Of a stretch of 56,642 nucleotides of DNA, positions 26,369 through 39,732 are shown piece by piece (positions within the stretch are counted from its first letter, which is position 1; each line of letters opens with the position of its first letter). The translations under genes were made by a program, and so were the position numbers. The notes beneath the pieces are model-generated. The model saw nothing but the letters and a program-made list of their open reading frames with translations. It was not told the DNA's origin and searched no databases. The stretch covers positions 1 through 56,642 of the forward strand of contig JALDTO010000053.1 of NCBI GenBank assembly GCA_023515725.1, read 5' to 3'. Source of the DNA: Amoeboaphelidium protococcarum X5. Lineage: Eukaryota > Fungi > Aphelidiomycota.

Positions 26369-27100
26369 TTATAGAAATTTATTCTCAATTATTAGTAGAT
26401 ACAAACTTGAACAAAGGTGTACAGTATAGACAAACTTGATAAAACGAGTGATGTAAAAAGAGGGATGAATATCACAATCAGTATAGTGAGCGTAATATTT
26501 TCATGATGACTCCACACACACACACCTACCTTACAATTGATATCATCAAATCCATCGATCATTTCCTGTCTGAGCCAGAAAGTTGTTGAAACGCGCGTTT
26601 CAGAAATGTTTGACGGGCGCCTTTGGTGAAACGTCACTCTTTGGTTTGCGTCTAATTTCACAATTATCATCAACTTGTATCGCTTGGAGTATTTTTGAAA
26701 ATGTACAAGAACATTTCCTCGACATCATTCTTTTCTCTGTTTAATCAATCATTATTTAGTGAGTCGATCTTCAGGCTCTTGGCTTCACGAAGTTCTCTTT
26801 TATTTGTATCAGCAATTTGCAACGATGGCCAGCTTCGAACTCATAGTGGTAAAGTAGTCTAAATTCGTCAATTTCATTTCGATCAATTGTTGCCTTATTC
26901 AAAAATCCTATGCGAGTTCTATGGTCGGTATTTCGTTCTTTGCAATAGCTGCGGTTTGTATGTCGCGCTTTAATCACACTAGTGCTCAATCTATATTTCA
27001 ACTCCGGGCTGAGCATTAAACTCCGCTAAATACCGTGTGCAGTTTATCCATCTGCTTTAGACGATTAATAAACATTAATATAATAAACGCGATTAATGGC

Positions 27101-27784
27101 ATGGCCTTTAAATTTAAAGAGCATGTTTATCGAAAACAAGCAGCTTCTCTTTGGCGCGATACATTTCTTTTCATCCAAGATATTCCTCAACTGAAACATC
27201 ACAGCGGCGACATGAGTAGTGGCAATAGCAGCAATACAAAGGGTCACTATGAGAAGCTATACAAAGAGTCTAAGCAGTACTTTCTGACGAAATTGCAAGC
27301 TGTTAAACTGGACAATGAAAGATTGACTAACTAAAAATTGTAATTGCTCTCCTCACAATATCAAGAGTAACTAGATAGCTTGAATTGCCGCATCAAAGAG
27401 CTTCAACAAATCATCTCATAATAGTAATCCCAACTAGAAGACAAGTAGAAAGAGAACGAGATTCTCTAAGCTTAAATATAAAGTCTCTCACAATGTCATC
27501 AGTAGAAGTAGTAGTAATAGTAATTGAGGTCAGATCGCGGAGATGGCGTAATGTAACAGGAAAATGAGAAGAATTAGAAAGCAACTGCTGCAGCCGTGAG
27601 GCCGCCACCAGTGGGACAATCTGCGATAAAGTTGTTGTAAAAATCACATAAACCACTGCTGTTTAATCCACGACCATCTGAAAACTTGCCATCCACTGGT
27701 GACAAGGTGAAGTTGCGATAAGGAAAAATTATAATGCCCGAGGACACCACCGAAAATGACAATATGAATGTCAGGTGGAAGTGA
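27101..27784 (+). CDS. Hypothetical Gln-rich coiled-coil protein, 227 aa
   Basis: Open frame from ATG 27101 to TGA 27782-27784 under TAR=Gln, with a heptad-like central region. Confidence 0.6.
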
Positions 27785-27893
27785 CTAAAGAGTACGCGAA
27801 CAATTCAGAGTGGAGTTTGTAGATGCTTTCGATGCTATAAACGCGCAATAAAATATAGTTGCTTTATTTATCCTATCCACTTCACTTGCATAT

Positions 27894-28307
27894 TCAAGCC
27901 TGAGATCCAGTGACATAAGCGAATGCCTTCTCCAAATCGAAATTAGGATCCTCTGGGTTGAGAACGACTACAAACCGAACACATTGACATCAATCATCAT
28001 AAATGCAATGTAAAAAAAAAGATAATAAATTACCTCCAGTCTCTTTCGCTACATGATCATCCCACAGCTCTTCCGCCTTCTTCTTCAGAGACTCAACCTG
28101 GACGTGATGGTCGTGTTCCTTCTTCCATTCAGTGTACAGAGCCCGATTGTGGTACAGTCCATAGACTAATCCACTTCCCAGCGCAGTCCATCTGAGCCAC
28201 TACCTAATTTAAAATAATAACAGATTATGATTTATAACAATAAATGAACATTAAATAACAATTACAGATTATAAATTCTTTGATACGATAGGTGCCACAG
28301 TTGCCAT
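27894..28307 (-). CDS. ATP21: Mitochondrial ATP synthase subunit e; join(27894..27967,28034..28199,28266..28307), 93 aa
   Basis: LRWTALGSGLVYGLYHNRAL (GxxxG TM) and the fungal-type tail NPEDPNFDLEK. Two 66-nt introns; the first donor site is inferred. Confidence 0.85.
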
Positions 28308-28640
28308 ATGTTCTAGATAGAAATGTATTTAAAGGGAGTTCAGTGGTGTTAATTGCGGAAAAAATTGCTGAAGAAAACTTTTGGTCGAGATGGCCGCGCG
28401 AGAGGAGAGAGTACCGTCTGAGCAAGCGAGTGGTTTTCACACTATAGGAAAACAAAACTTGCACACGCGACAGTCACGGAAATGGTTATACAGTAAGGGC
28501 GTTTATATTTGCATGATATTTCGACTTTAAATGTCACTGTGCAGTAGGCTTAGCTCAACGCACGTCCACTGTAATGCGCTCAAAGCACAGCAGGTACAAA
28601 ATAAAATGAAAACAAAATCTTATCAATAACGCACTCTAAT

Positions 28641-31556
28641 TCAACTAATCAATGTCCTTTTCATAATAGTTTTGCCTTTTGATTTTAACGCTGCAGCGGA
28701 ATCAACTTCATCCTGATACATTCGATAATCTACAGAATGAGATTAGTCATATTGAGTCTTGGTAATCTTCATGGCTGCCAAATTCATTCCCACTTCATCT
28801 CTATAGAATGCCAGGCTCTTCTATAGATAAACGCGTATCTAGCTAAGAAGCTGCTTAATTGACACGTACTAATCACCAATCTGATATAACGAACGATTAT
28901 TAGCAATCTGATTACCATGCGCATAAAGTACAAATTTCAACACTCGGACACTTAGAGTAGTAGTAGCTGGAGATTAACTCCAAATCTAGATACAATGCAA
29001 TAGCATGGGAATCTTGCTAAATGACACCATCCATAAAGCGTCATCTAAATCGGCAGACTTGATATCTTCTATACATTTCAAAACATACTATTCAGGTTTC
29101 TAGATTCTTAATGCAATCAACAGCGAGTTCACCTAAGGAGGTGGTATAGGATTCCCTTGCAGCTGTGCTTTATTGAAAGCAGCCGCTTTGCCCAGTTCTT
29201 CCTCTAAAATCTGCAGAGCTTCCACAATCTTCTCGCCCGCTTTCAAACTCTCAGAAGTAACTTTACCAACTTTATCCTAGCCGGCAACATCCAGTTCATC
29301 CTTTTCATTCAAATTACCCAGAATCTCTTCTTCAAAGCTTTACTCAGCCTCACGCTCTCGCTCCTCCTCAATGAACACATCTTCATCTGTCATTTTGTAC
29401 ACTCTGAGACACTTGTCCTGTCCAGACGCAATAATAGTATCACCAGACTGACCAACATCGAGAGCCAACAATTCACCAAAAGACTCATCAATCTTACTGA
29501 TAAGCTGAAATCTGTCTCCATCCCAATACTTGACGCGTTTATCTCGTCCAGTACTCACAAATAAATGCGTATCTTTAATAAATTTCACACCGGTCACTGC
29601 TTCCTGATGAGCGAATATGCTCTTATGACAATCTCCAAAATCGAGTCCCCAAATCTTGATATTCTTATCCGCAGATCCGGAAATGAGCATTTTACTATCA
29701 GCAGAAATGTCCATATAAAGCACAGGAAGTTTATGACCATATAAATTCAAGAAAAGCTTTAGAGTATCATTGAAAAATACTTTGATAGTGTTATCCAGCA
29801 GCGCAATAGCAACAAGATTCCCATTTGGAGATACTCGCACACATTGAACTTCGTCTTGAAGCTTCAACACGCGCTTTTGCACCACAGTCAGAATCTTCTG
29901 TTTTACACTTTAACCATCAGCACTATCATCGTCACCTGATAATTCTGTGACAAACTCCCAAAAGCCGACACTTTTATCAGCGCCACCAGTGATTAAGCTG
30001 CGTTTATCCGGAGTGATTTACAGAGAGGTAACTGCACCATTATGCGCATCAGTTACACTCAGCAAAGTGGACGATGGACAATCATACAATAGTAACTGCC
30101 CCTACTTGGTACCGACAACAACGTGCCTATTGCCAGCCAAAAACGCGCTACAAGTAGCAATGTAATTTTCATCATTGGCAAGAGTTCTGAGACATAATCC
30201 ATTCTAAAGATTCCACAGCTTAAAATCATCACCCTTACCACCACTCGATCCAGCAGAGAACGCCATCTATTCATCACTGCTCAGAGCCACAGTCTTCACA
30301 GGAGAACGATGACCAAGACGGTCCAGGGAGCAAATGTTATCCAACTCAGCCTGCTTGCTCCTGATACGGTACGCTTGCACCTGATTATTTGACATTGCAA
30401 CAATAAAAGTCAGCACTTGGCCAGATGAAGATTCTTCTGGTACGAAATCAAAGCTCTGATTCTTGGCCATCATCTTGATAACTCTAGATGACACAAACTT
30501 ATCCTCAGCCTTGATCTCGATTTCGGCTTCAGGGTCTTGCGCCTTCTTACGGAGCTTCTTCAAGATGTCTTTATCACTCTTTATGGAATAAATCTCCAGA
30601 GTCCTATCCGCTGTTTAACATCCAAAATACTATCCAGACGGATGCTGCATCAGAGTGAGAACACGCTCATTACTCTATCTTTTCACTATACCGTATAGAA
30701 CAACACCTTGACTGTCGCCATCTATATTAGCATCTTTAGCACTTGCATCATTGCTAGTAATATCCACTTGCATCTAATCCAAATCTCTGCGCAGCTTCTT
30801 ACCAAGAACGTCAAAGTCCAACTCCCATACGCGCAACTCTGGCTCAGAAGATGCACTTATCAAGTACTTATTATCGCAAACAAGCACAGATTTCCACACT
30901 TCGCTTCTGTGTCCAACCACAGTCTCAACACAAAACATACTAGATATATCCCATACTTTGATCAGAGTATCCTTACTAGCGGAAATCAGATAAGACTACT
31001 CACCATGAGTGATATAATGCAGCGATGTAATTTAATCCTTGTGGCCTCTAAACTTACATACACCCTTCTCTTCAATCAAATCCCATTAAATGATATCAGT
31101 ATCTGAAGATCCACTAAATAACATTGAACATTCCGCATTGCTGATGAAAGTATAAACTGCAGATTTATGACCATTAAGCGTCAAGAGCGGTTCTCGCTGA
31201 AGAGTGACGCGTCCAGCACTCTAGTTAGATAAAAGTAGCGCGACATCTGGGCATTTCCACACTCTGATAGATCCATCAGCGTATCCAACAGCCAGTCTTT
31301 CAGTATCAGAGGTGTCGCTACTGAGGCGATGCATGCTAGTTACTAACGATTTAATTTCATCGCTATAAAATTTAGCAACCACACTTCCAGTCTTCAGACT
31401 CCACACTTGAACTGCATCGAGAGCGGGTATAAATGCAAACTGACCCTGAGCAGATTTGACATTAGATCCACAAAATAGAATATCTGCATTAGGAGAGCAC
31501 AATACACCTAAATGTTTGATATCACCCTGCTCATACTTGGCATAAGATTTGACCAT
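28641..31556 (-). CDS. DIP2: U3 snoRNP WD40 protein Dip2/Utp12/WDR3, 971 aa
   Basis: MVKSYAKY, LAVGYADGSIRVW, LYGHKLPV, SADKNIKIWGLDFGDCHKSIFAH, LKAGEKIVEAL. Confidence 0.95.
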
Positions 31557-31724
31557 TTCTATATACTTGATTTTTCACCTTTTTCTCTCGCCTTTCCGTG
31601 ATTTGGTGAAGAGTTAAAGAGGGGACGAGAGCGCGTTGCTTTCTGGCGCGCGCACGGTTAAAAACTGTGGCCTTTTCTTTTACAAATTTGTCGACTTTGG
31701 TCTGTTAAAAAACCATTTAAGGAA

Positions 31725-32028
31725 ATGTTGCAATTAAATGATCGGATCAAGTGGCGATAATATAGTTCGTCACGAAATAAGAAGGAAAACTTCATAAGCC
31801 CTCTTGAGGTGATGAAAATGTGGCAGGAAGGTAATTACATACATGAATATAATTCTCAGTTTTGATTCTCTGTGTGCGACCACTATATTCTAAATATTGG
31901 TATCTGTAGGATGGAAAAGAGCAACTCCTCACATGAGTAAAGTTTATGGCGCGTTGGCTTTGTTCGCATTAGCTGGATATATACTGAGAACGAACAAGTC
32001 AAAAGATTCTTAGCAGATTAACCGCTGA
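31725..32028 (+). CDS. Small single-TM protein, possibly mitochondrial; join(31725..31830,31910..32028), 74 aa
   Basis: MLQLNDRIKWRQYSSSR...WQEGWKRATPHMSKVYGALALFALAGYILRT; a GTAATT...TAG intron keeps the frame. Confidence 0.6.
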
Positions 32029-32607
32029 ATTGACCATTGAATTGTAATGACTTTAATAAAATAATTGTGCCAAACTTTATTACGTATTGGCTAGGCACTC
32101 GATGCAGCGCAATAGTACATCAACGTGACATCTAGTTGTCTGGTGTGCGATAAAACATATAGGAAACTACTTTTAACGGAGATTTACTATGTTATCAAAA
32201 TATTCTAGACCGGTAAAGCAATCTACTCTAGTTAATCACCACCCAGAACTTTACCTTTTGACAAATATCTTTCCCCATAAGTTAGTACCTAGTGAGCATT
32301 TATCTTCCGTACCTATCTATCCATCTTGACAACGAGTGTATTTGATATATAAATTCTATTGTTTGATCTCACTCCACCACCCCATTTGCTTGGAGATGAA
32401 TTTATTTTCGCACTTGAAACGGCCCAGAAGTCGTTTGCTTTCACAGAACAAACGAGCGAATAAAATAGATTGAGCTACTGCCGCTTCGCTAAATATAAAC
32501 TGTTTCGAAATTAGATTTGGTTCGCTCATACCACCCCCGGCCTGCTAGAATACATACATACAGATAGATAGAAGATAAATAGCCTAAGCATTTATAAGTT
32601 TTGAAAC

Positions 32608-33684
32608 ATGGGAAGAAAGAAGATTGCTATTAAAAGAATTCCGGATGCTAGAAGACGTCATGTTACATTTTCTCGCCGCAAAGTTGGTCTGATGAAGAAG
32701 GCATACGAGCTGTCCGTTCTCTGCGGATGCGATGTCGGCCTGGTTATGATCAGTGCCGATAAGGTGACTTTGTACTCGAACAAGAGCATGGATTAGATCA
32801 TCCATAAATACAATGATGTCGTGCAGTGTAATCCTGATGATGTTGAACAGTTTTTCGATCAGGATCTCGCTGGCATGGTGGACAATGGCGATATGGCGGA
32901 TAACTTTGATGATGATGACTTTGGCTCCACGGCTAGGGAGAATGCGATCGCTGCTGGCGAAGATGAAGTTGCGAGCCAAGTTGAAAAGAAGCCAGCGAAG
33001 AAGAAGCGGGCCAGTAAGCGAGGCTCTGTCAGCATGGCGCCTGATGAAGGGAACAAGGAGTACGGTTCAAACAACTTGAACTCTGAGCCTAGTTACCATG
33101 CCCATTTCTCTAATCTACATAGAACGATGGTGCCGTTCGGTATGCAATCCAATGATGACATTGCCAAAGTTAACGGTATGATCAATGCTGGCTACTATTA
33201 ATAACATCTCGCGACATCTAATCAATCTGGCGCATCGAGCTCGAATTCTGGTAATGCACCAAATTAATCTGGGTTCACCAATCCGTACATGAATTATCCT
33301 CCGTATTACATATTCCACCCGTATTCGTTGAACTAGAATGACACTTTGCATGCGCATGTGCCTTCGGCGTCGCCTAATGATATTTCCAGACCTTCAATTA
33401 GCTCTTTTGGTGACTCTACTCCCCAGTTGGCTGCGATTGTCAATAATCACAAGAATGCCGTCATGATGATCTCACCATCAGGAAGTACATCCCACTTGCC
33501 TGGATTGCCACCGTTTAACTTTGCGCACTCAATGCTGCCTGATATGTCATCTTCGAATAATTCTCTAATGATCATGGCGCATGCGGCGAGTAATGAGAAT
33601 TTGAAGTCTGAACGGGATAGTGACAACACCGAGTAGAAAAGCCACCAGAGCGACCTATAGAATTCTGGTCATGATGATAAGTGA
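32608..33684 (+). CDS. MEF2-type (type II) MADS-box transcription factor, 358 aa
   Basis: MGRKKIAIKRIPDARRRHVTFSRRKVGLMKKAYELSVLCGCDVGLV at the extreme N-terminus, followed by a low-complexity region. Confidence 0.93.
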
Positions 33685-33904
33685 TGATTTTGTCAATTAT
33701 AAAGATATTTGTGTTCTATATTACAGCTTTGTATACACCTTTTGTATTCCGCTGTTAAATGCTAATGAAACCAATTATGATAAAGGCTGTAAGGGGTATT
33801 GCCGTATTGACTGCGCCACAGGTAGTTTTGTACCATGACCGAACCAAACGTATCATTCGTCATCACATTGCTTTAAAAACTTTATTAAGATTACATTGTA
33901 GTTT

Positions 33905-36346
33905 ATGGATCAGCATCTAATATCTGTATCTGTATCTGAAATGGTTAATAGTGAGAAGAACGCGGCTAAAGATAGTAAATCGTACGGCTTGTAAAGTATG
34001 ATCTGTTAAGCATCACCAGTGTCCTGTGAAGATGTTTCCTGTCCATCGCTTCCAGATCAGGCACTTTCACCATCTACAGAGACTTTTGAATATTTTTCTG
34101 CACCTACTCAAGGATGTTCTAATCAATGTTCGATAGAAAGATGTAACGGCGATTTATAATTAGATTGGGCTGGAATTCTATTTTCCGACTGCGAAAGTGA
34201 TGATGAGCCAATCGTCTTATACTCAGCTGGCATTACTGTAAATCCTAGTTACCATGCGTTAAATTTAATCCCTTTTGAAGAGCATCATCTGTTATCATCT
34301 TTGCAATAGTAATCTTAGACAATTTCAGTTGCTCATAGAAAGCTGTTGAATAATAGTAATACTAACAAGTTAACTCGTAAATCCTCCGACAAAATCATGC
34401 ACGGCGTAAAGATCGACACTGCGGGCGCCACTGATCGCCTGACCAACAATGGCGCGAATGGTAGCCCCTTATCTCCGACGACAAGAGCTGCCCTGTTATC
34501 ACCTCCTGGATTTGATCATCCTAAATACAATAATAAAAATAATAAGCTCTCTAAAATCGAGGTCTTGAAAGACTAGACGACTGTCAAAAGTAAAAGATAA
34601 AAGAAGGACGTTAGAGGCAAAATCAAGAGTGTGATGACGGATTCTCCTTTGGTGTTTAAACGCGGTAAAGCGGCCTACAATACTCACAATTATGGTTGGA
34701 AATGGTTGTAAGACGTTGAGGCAAATCAAATGGTAATAATCAAGAATCTGGATTTGGCGGTATGTAAGCAGATTGCAGCGGCTTGTCAGTTCAAATTGCC
34801 TGATACTCTATAAAAGCTGGATAAAGCTGCGTCTGGTGTATTGAAGAGCTTATTTCAGGCGATGATGACGATTTCGGTGAAAATTATGAAAAGTGATGTT
34901 GTTGATGGTGCGAGCGATAAATCGGTGATGTTTGTTCATAATGTTATGATGGGAAGATTGAGACGTCTTGATGTGGATGTATCAAAGTTTGAAAACGCGC
35001 AGGCTCCCTATCTGGTGGTGCTATCCGACCCTGACACTGCTGAGAGTTTTGTGAAGCTTTTCTCTCAAGTAATCTCTACAGCGAACACCAACGAATGCTT
35101 TATCCTTAACTAGAGAGAATTTCCTTCGGTGGTGGCGCGTCATTTAATCTAGCCGCACGCTTATCCTTTGAAATATCCAGGTGATGATGTTGAAGTTATG
35201 AAGTAAGAGTAGATAGCACCTGTCCTGGTACCTTGTTATCTGGTATTAGCGGTATAGTCTACGGAAGATCTTAAGAAGTCTGCTGAAGTTTCTCCTGGCA
35301 GCTCTGACCCATTTTTGGTTTGCAATGCTTCTATGGCTTCCACCACAGTGCAACACTACAATCGTACTCTTGATAATGGTTTTGATGCTTTCTGCGTTGT
35401 TTATGAAAGCTCTTCATCTACAATTTCTGGTTGGTTCAAGGTGATTAGAGTAGATTAAAGTCAGTCCTAGTAATCTAAAGCTAAGCTGATTGATGTCACC
35501 TTAAAGTTGGCTCCTATAAAAAAAATGGAGATTCAAGTCAGTGTCGCGTAAAAGATTTACGATATTTACTTTAATCGCAACTTTAATTTGAAAGATGTCA
35601 GTAGTTGCTAAATGAACAAGGCGCGCCAACCTACTGTTTTGAATCTCGTACAAGATGATGCCTACAATCTATCTTGGGTGGTGAATACTGTTCAAGATAT
35701 GTAAGATAAGAATGTTGATGTCAATCTAGTGATCACGTAGCTTTTGTTGAGTCATATGACTTACCGTCAATCTAAGGGCCACAAGTACTTGAAAAACTAA
35801 GGTATCCATGGTGGGTATCATGGAAATGCCCCTTCATTATTTAGTAATGCGAGTGCCGGTGCTTATGCTCCAAACGCAGACGATAAGAGCCTCTTCCCGA
35901 CTTTGTGTGAGCCTTAGCTGCTTTCCCAGTTCAAGATAGCGTCCTAGAAGAATTCTGTAGTTAGTTAAAGCAGTTCAGACTCTGAGGGAAAATCTTATGC
36001 CAAGGCTGTTCGAAAGCCACAAGTAAAGTCAGAGGCCAAAGCTGTTAAGGCAGCATAGTAAGAGTCTAGTGACTCGAAGAAGGTAATGGAGCCTCGTACT
36101 CTTGCGTAAATTAAGAACTCCAAGTCCAAAGCATCTAACAGTTGGGCCGATTTTGACTCTGATGATGAAATGGATTATGGCACGCCGTTGTTCGCGAGTT
36201 AGGCACTTTTTGAGGATAAGCTTGATTCCTCAAACACCTCTTCATCAAAGACATCTGCGCAAGTGACCCAAAGTAATAGTTTTAACAGCCAGTTGGCAAA
36301 AGCTGCAAATGAAGTTAGTTCAGCTAAGTAAACGTTGGTATAGTGA
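33905..36346 (+). CDS. Hypothetical 813-aa protein, possibly with a highly diverged YTH-like domain
   Basis: Long TGA-free frame. The segment at about 35230-35690 weakly resembles the YTH pattern. The C-tail has LFPTL, KSYAKAV and SWADFDSDDEMDY motifs. CDS well supported, function weakly. Confidence 0.65.
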
Positions 36347-36456
36347 TAGCGGTGAAGTTTTGAAATTGTTTTGAGTGAATAGAATAAGTTAGAACTGAAT
36401 TAAAAGTTACAAGTTTACTTATGTGCCAGTCTTCAACTATCAGGTTATAGTACAAA

Positions 36457-38093
36457 TCAACTATTATTCGATCGTGTATCAAAGCTTCTCAACTTGGTAA
36501 TAAACTCATTGCAAATCAGTGATAACTACTACTTTTCACAAACCGTCTGATCCAATTCCTTCTGCAATGATCCAACTTGAGCTTCAGCTCTGTTCAACTG
36601 AGTAAGCAGTACAATCTTCTCACTTTCAAAATCCTACTTGATTCTCTCAAGTTCCACGTTAGCCTCGTTCATCTTACCTTCCGCATGTGATTTGACAGCC
36701 TCAACTGCATTTAGCGCTGCCACTAGTTCTTACTGCAGCTCGGATTGTTTCAGCTTCATCTGATCCTCATTCTACAAATACGACATGGATACTTAAATGA
36801 AATGCAAATGAGCAAATAAATTACCTTTTTCAACTTTTCCAGTTACACTCTCTACTCTTCAAACTAGATTCTCAAATTCTGAAATGATTTTTACACAATG
36901 TCAAACTCCATCACAGTCGTCTTCTTCTCTTGAGCCATTTGATCGACAATCAGCTTATGTCTATCATTTTGACGCTAAATGTCATCCTCAAGATTTAGCT
37001 TAAGACTTTCTAAAGTTTCCATAGTATCTTTCAACTAGCCATTTGTCTGCGTAGAATCAACAAGCTCTTGTTTGAGAGATTGAATTTCATCATCTTTGGC
37101 AGATAGCTTTGACTCATAATCTTGAGAAAGATCAGCTCTTACTTTATCAATATCTTTTTAAGAATATTTAGGTACAGAGCCAGGAGAGGCAACCATATTG
37201 GGCAACATATCCCAATTCTTAATGCTAGACATCGTGATAGCTTCTCCAAGCGGTGTCTTACTTTGAACAAAAGCTTTACCATATGGAGTGACAGGGATCA
37301 AAAGTCCTGCAGATGACATTCTCATTAAGACTGCTCTTTTCTAACTTTAGTTCAATTTAAAAGTATCTTCCTCATCATTAACACTTTCAAGATACCACTC
37401 TTCTGGAATAGTGTACAAAGTGTTGGAGTCAAATTCTAGTGTTGAGGCTTTGGCCTCCTACTCAATAATCTCCGGGCGACTGCCCAAATCATCGCGGCTT
37501 TTCTCAATATTAGCAGAGTCAATACCGTGTTCATTAATCAGCTCAGTAGAAGAACTCTCTTATAACTCAGTAGCAATTAAGGAGGACTTTAAAACATTAG
37601 AATGACCAACACATTGACTACCAGCAGGAGTACGAGCATGGTTGTGTAAATTGACAATGACTTCTCCGTCATCATACTCTACATCATCATTATTAACACC
37701 AACTCCATCGGCAGCCAAAGACGCGTCAGGTGAAACGATCTGTCGCAAAGGAGTTGAAACGTCGCCGCGTTTGTTCTGAGGAGAAGAGTCGGCCATTGAC
37801 GTAAGAGACTTCCATTTGGAACCATCAATAATCACTGGATGGCCAAGCAGAGATCCAGACTTGATGCTCACTTCTTTGGGTTTATCGAAACTTTCAACCA
37901 TTGTACTCAAATCATCTTCTTACCCACTGGCTGTTTTTGAGGATGCTGGAAGTTTCGCAGCTTTATGAGGCACATGCGCCGGCATTGAATGACGCTTTCT
38001 AACATTGCCATTGTTAAGTTGGCTTATAATCTAAGATGACACTTGGACCGTATTACTCACGTTTTGAGTGTTCTCCTAGTTATCGTTCTACAT
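36457..38093 (-). CDS. TACC (transforming acidic coiled-coil) domain protein; join(36457..36771,36825..38093), 527 aa
   Basis: C-terminal LKKNEDQMK...VKSHAEGKMNEANVELERIK...VGSLQKELDQ...QLSLICNEFITKL matches the TACC consensus (LKxHAEEKL...ELTxICDELIxK); 53-nt intron. Confidence 0.82.
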
Positions 38094-38346
38094 ACTATCA
38101 CAATTATAGATATCGTATGTCTGCCTTTGATAAAGCAAATGACCGTAGTTTTTAGGCAAAAGCTTAGTGTTATGTTCGATGAAAAGAAGTAACGAGCTGA
38201 AACAAAGAACATTCGGTGAAGCTTGGGAATGTCGCCTTCCAATATAAATTGTATGGCACTACGAAATGAAAATTGTATATCAAGTGCAAAAATTCTTACG
38301 CGTATAATAAATCCTGGAGCATCAATTCAAATCTCATTCAACTCTC

Positions 38347-39732
38347 TCAAGCTGTTTTGTTCTCTACATCGATGATCTGCCCATCAGCAGCTGTCTTACT
38401 CTATACATCAATCTAGACATTACTTTGCACTTACACCGCCTAATTAGCCTAAATCTATTCCTGATCAACCGATTAGTCATTGACAGGCTCAGCCTTAGCC
38501 ACAACATCCTCATGTACATCTTTATCTAGAGCTTGGGCAGGTTAATTATTGTCTGCAATGGCAGCAACAGATACCTATTACTCAACTGCGGACTACAACG
38601 CATTCTCCACTTTGGACTCTTGGACGACATGGGCATCTCCCGAGGACACCTAATTTACATTGCTTAAAGGCTACGCGTCAACTAATGGCTGATTCTCTAC
38701 CGGCTATGGTTTGTCCTATTCTATAGCATCGCTCAATTGCTGTTCATTTTAAGCAGGAATAATTTCGGCATTAGACACAGCTTAGGGAAAAGCTGCCACA
38801 GCATGATTGTCATTTTAAGTATTTGGAGACTCCACTACAGCAACATTTCTCTCAGTATTTAGCGAGACATCAAGCTAAGTGACAGATGCCTGTTTAGTAG
38901 CACCAGCATTCTCGGCGCTTACATTAACATTCACATCACTCTGCTTAAGCACTGCCTCTACATTTACCTCGTCTCTATTATTATAGAATCCAGTATCAGA
39001 GTGGCGAACTTCAGCCTCAACACCAGTCTTCTACTACACTGCGCCGACAGATGCAACATCGTTACTCTCGTCTAAGTTGACATTGGATTATACTTGGGAC
39101 TCAACTGCAACCGACGACTAATTCTACTGTGACTATGAAGCCTCTCCCTTAATCTAAATATCTTATTGATCTGCAGCGACTTTAACATCCGATTCTGCCG
39201 ATTGAGCTGTTGCATCTTTAGTAGCATTCTATGGAGAAGATGTCGAAGACGATTCTTACTTGGAAGTCTCTTACTACACAGAAGAAGATTACTATTTAAT
39301 CTCACTTACAGTCATGGCAACTGCAGCTTTAGGTGCATCGTCGACAGGTGCGGCAACTATTGGCTTTTTGTTCATAGATTCTTTGAGCACAGAGATATCA
39401 ATAGCGCCAGACTGCATATCATTAGATCCGACATGAGTGGTGTGCTGGAAGTTACTCGGACCTCCAATCATGGCCTTGTTCAGCTTCCCACCTCCCTTCT
39501 TCTTATTCTTCTACTAACGCTTCTACTTTTCCAAGTCGGCTAACCGTGTATTGCTGTTGACATTCTTCTTATCGCTCTGAGGGCTGATCCTCGCTGAGGC
39601 TTTTACGTTACTTGCACTTTAGCTGCTTATTCCACCCTACTTGTACTTATCGCCGTTGCTATGCGCACTGCCTGGCTTTTGCCCTGGTTGTGCTTCCGCT
39701 GTCCAAATATAAGCCGATAAAGTTTATCCCAT
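38347..39732 (-). CDS. CRIB/PBD-motif protein (CDC42SE/SPEC-like) with predicted N-myristoylation and a long acidic disordered tail, 461 aa
   Basis: MGQTLS start (MGxxxS), basic patch KNKKKGGGK, CRIB motif LNKAMIGGPSNFQHTTHVGSNDM; remainder is Ala/Val/Gln/Glu/Asp low complexity. Confidence 0.8.

Noticed and set aside
26771-27016. 81-aa ATG-to-TGA ORF on the minus strand
   Set aside because: No recognisable motif, and ORFs of this length arise easily when only one stop codon exists.
31713-31722. CArG box CCATTTAAGG near MADS genes
   Set aside because: Several such 10-mers are expected by chance in AT-rich 56 kb, and it sits only 2 bp before a start codon.
38347-39300. Possible tandem repeat or CRISPR-like array in the low-complexity region
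   Set aside because: No periodic nucleotide repeat; it is compositionally biased coding sequence.
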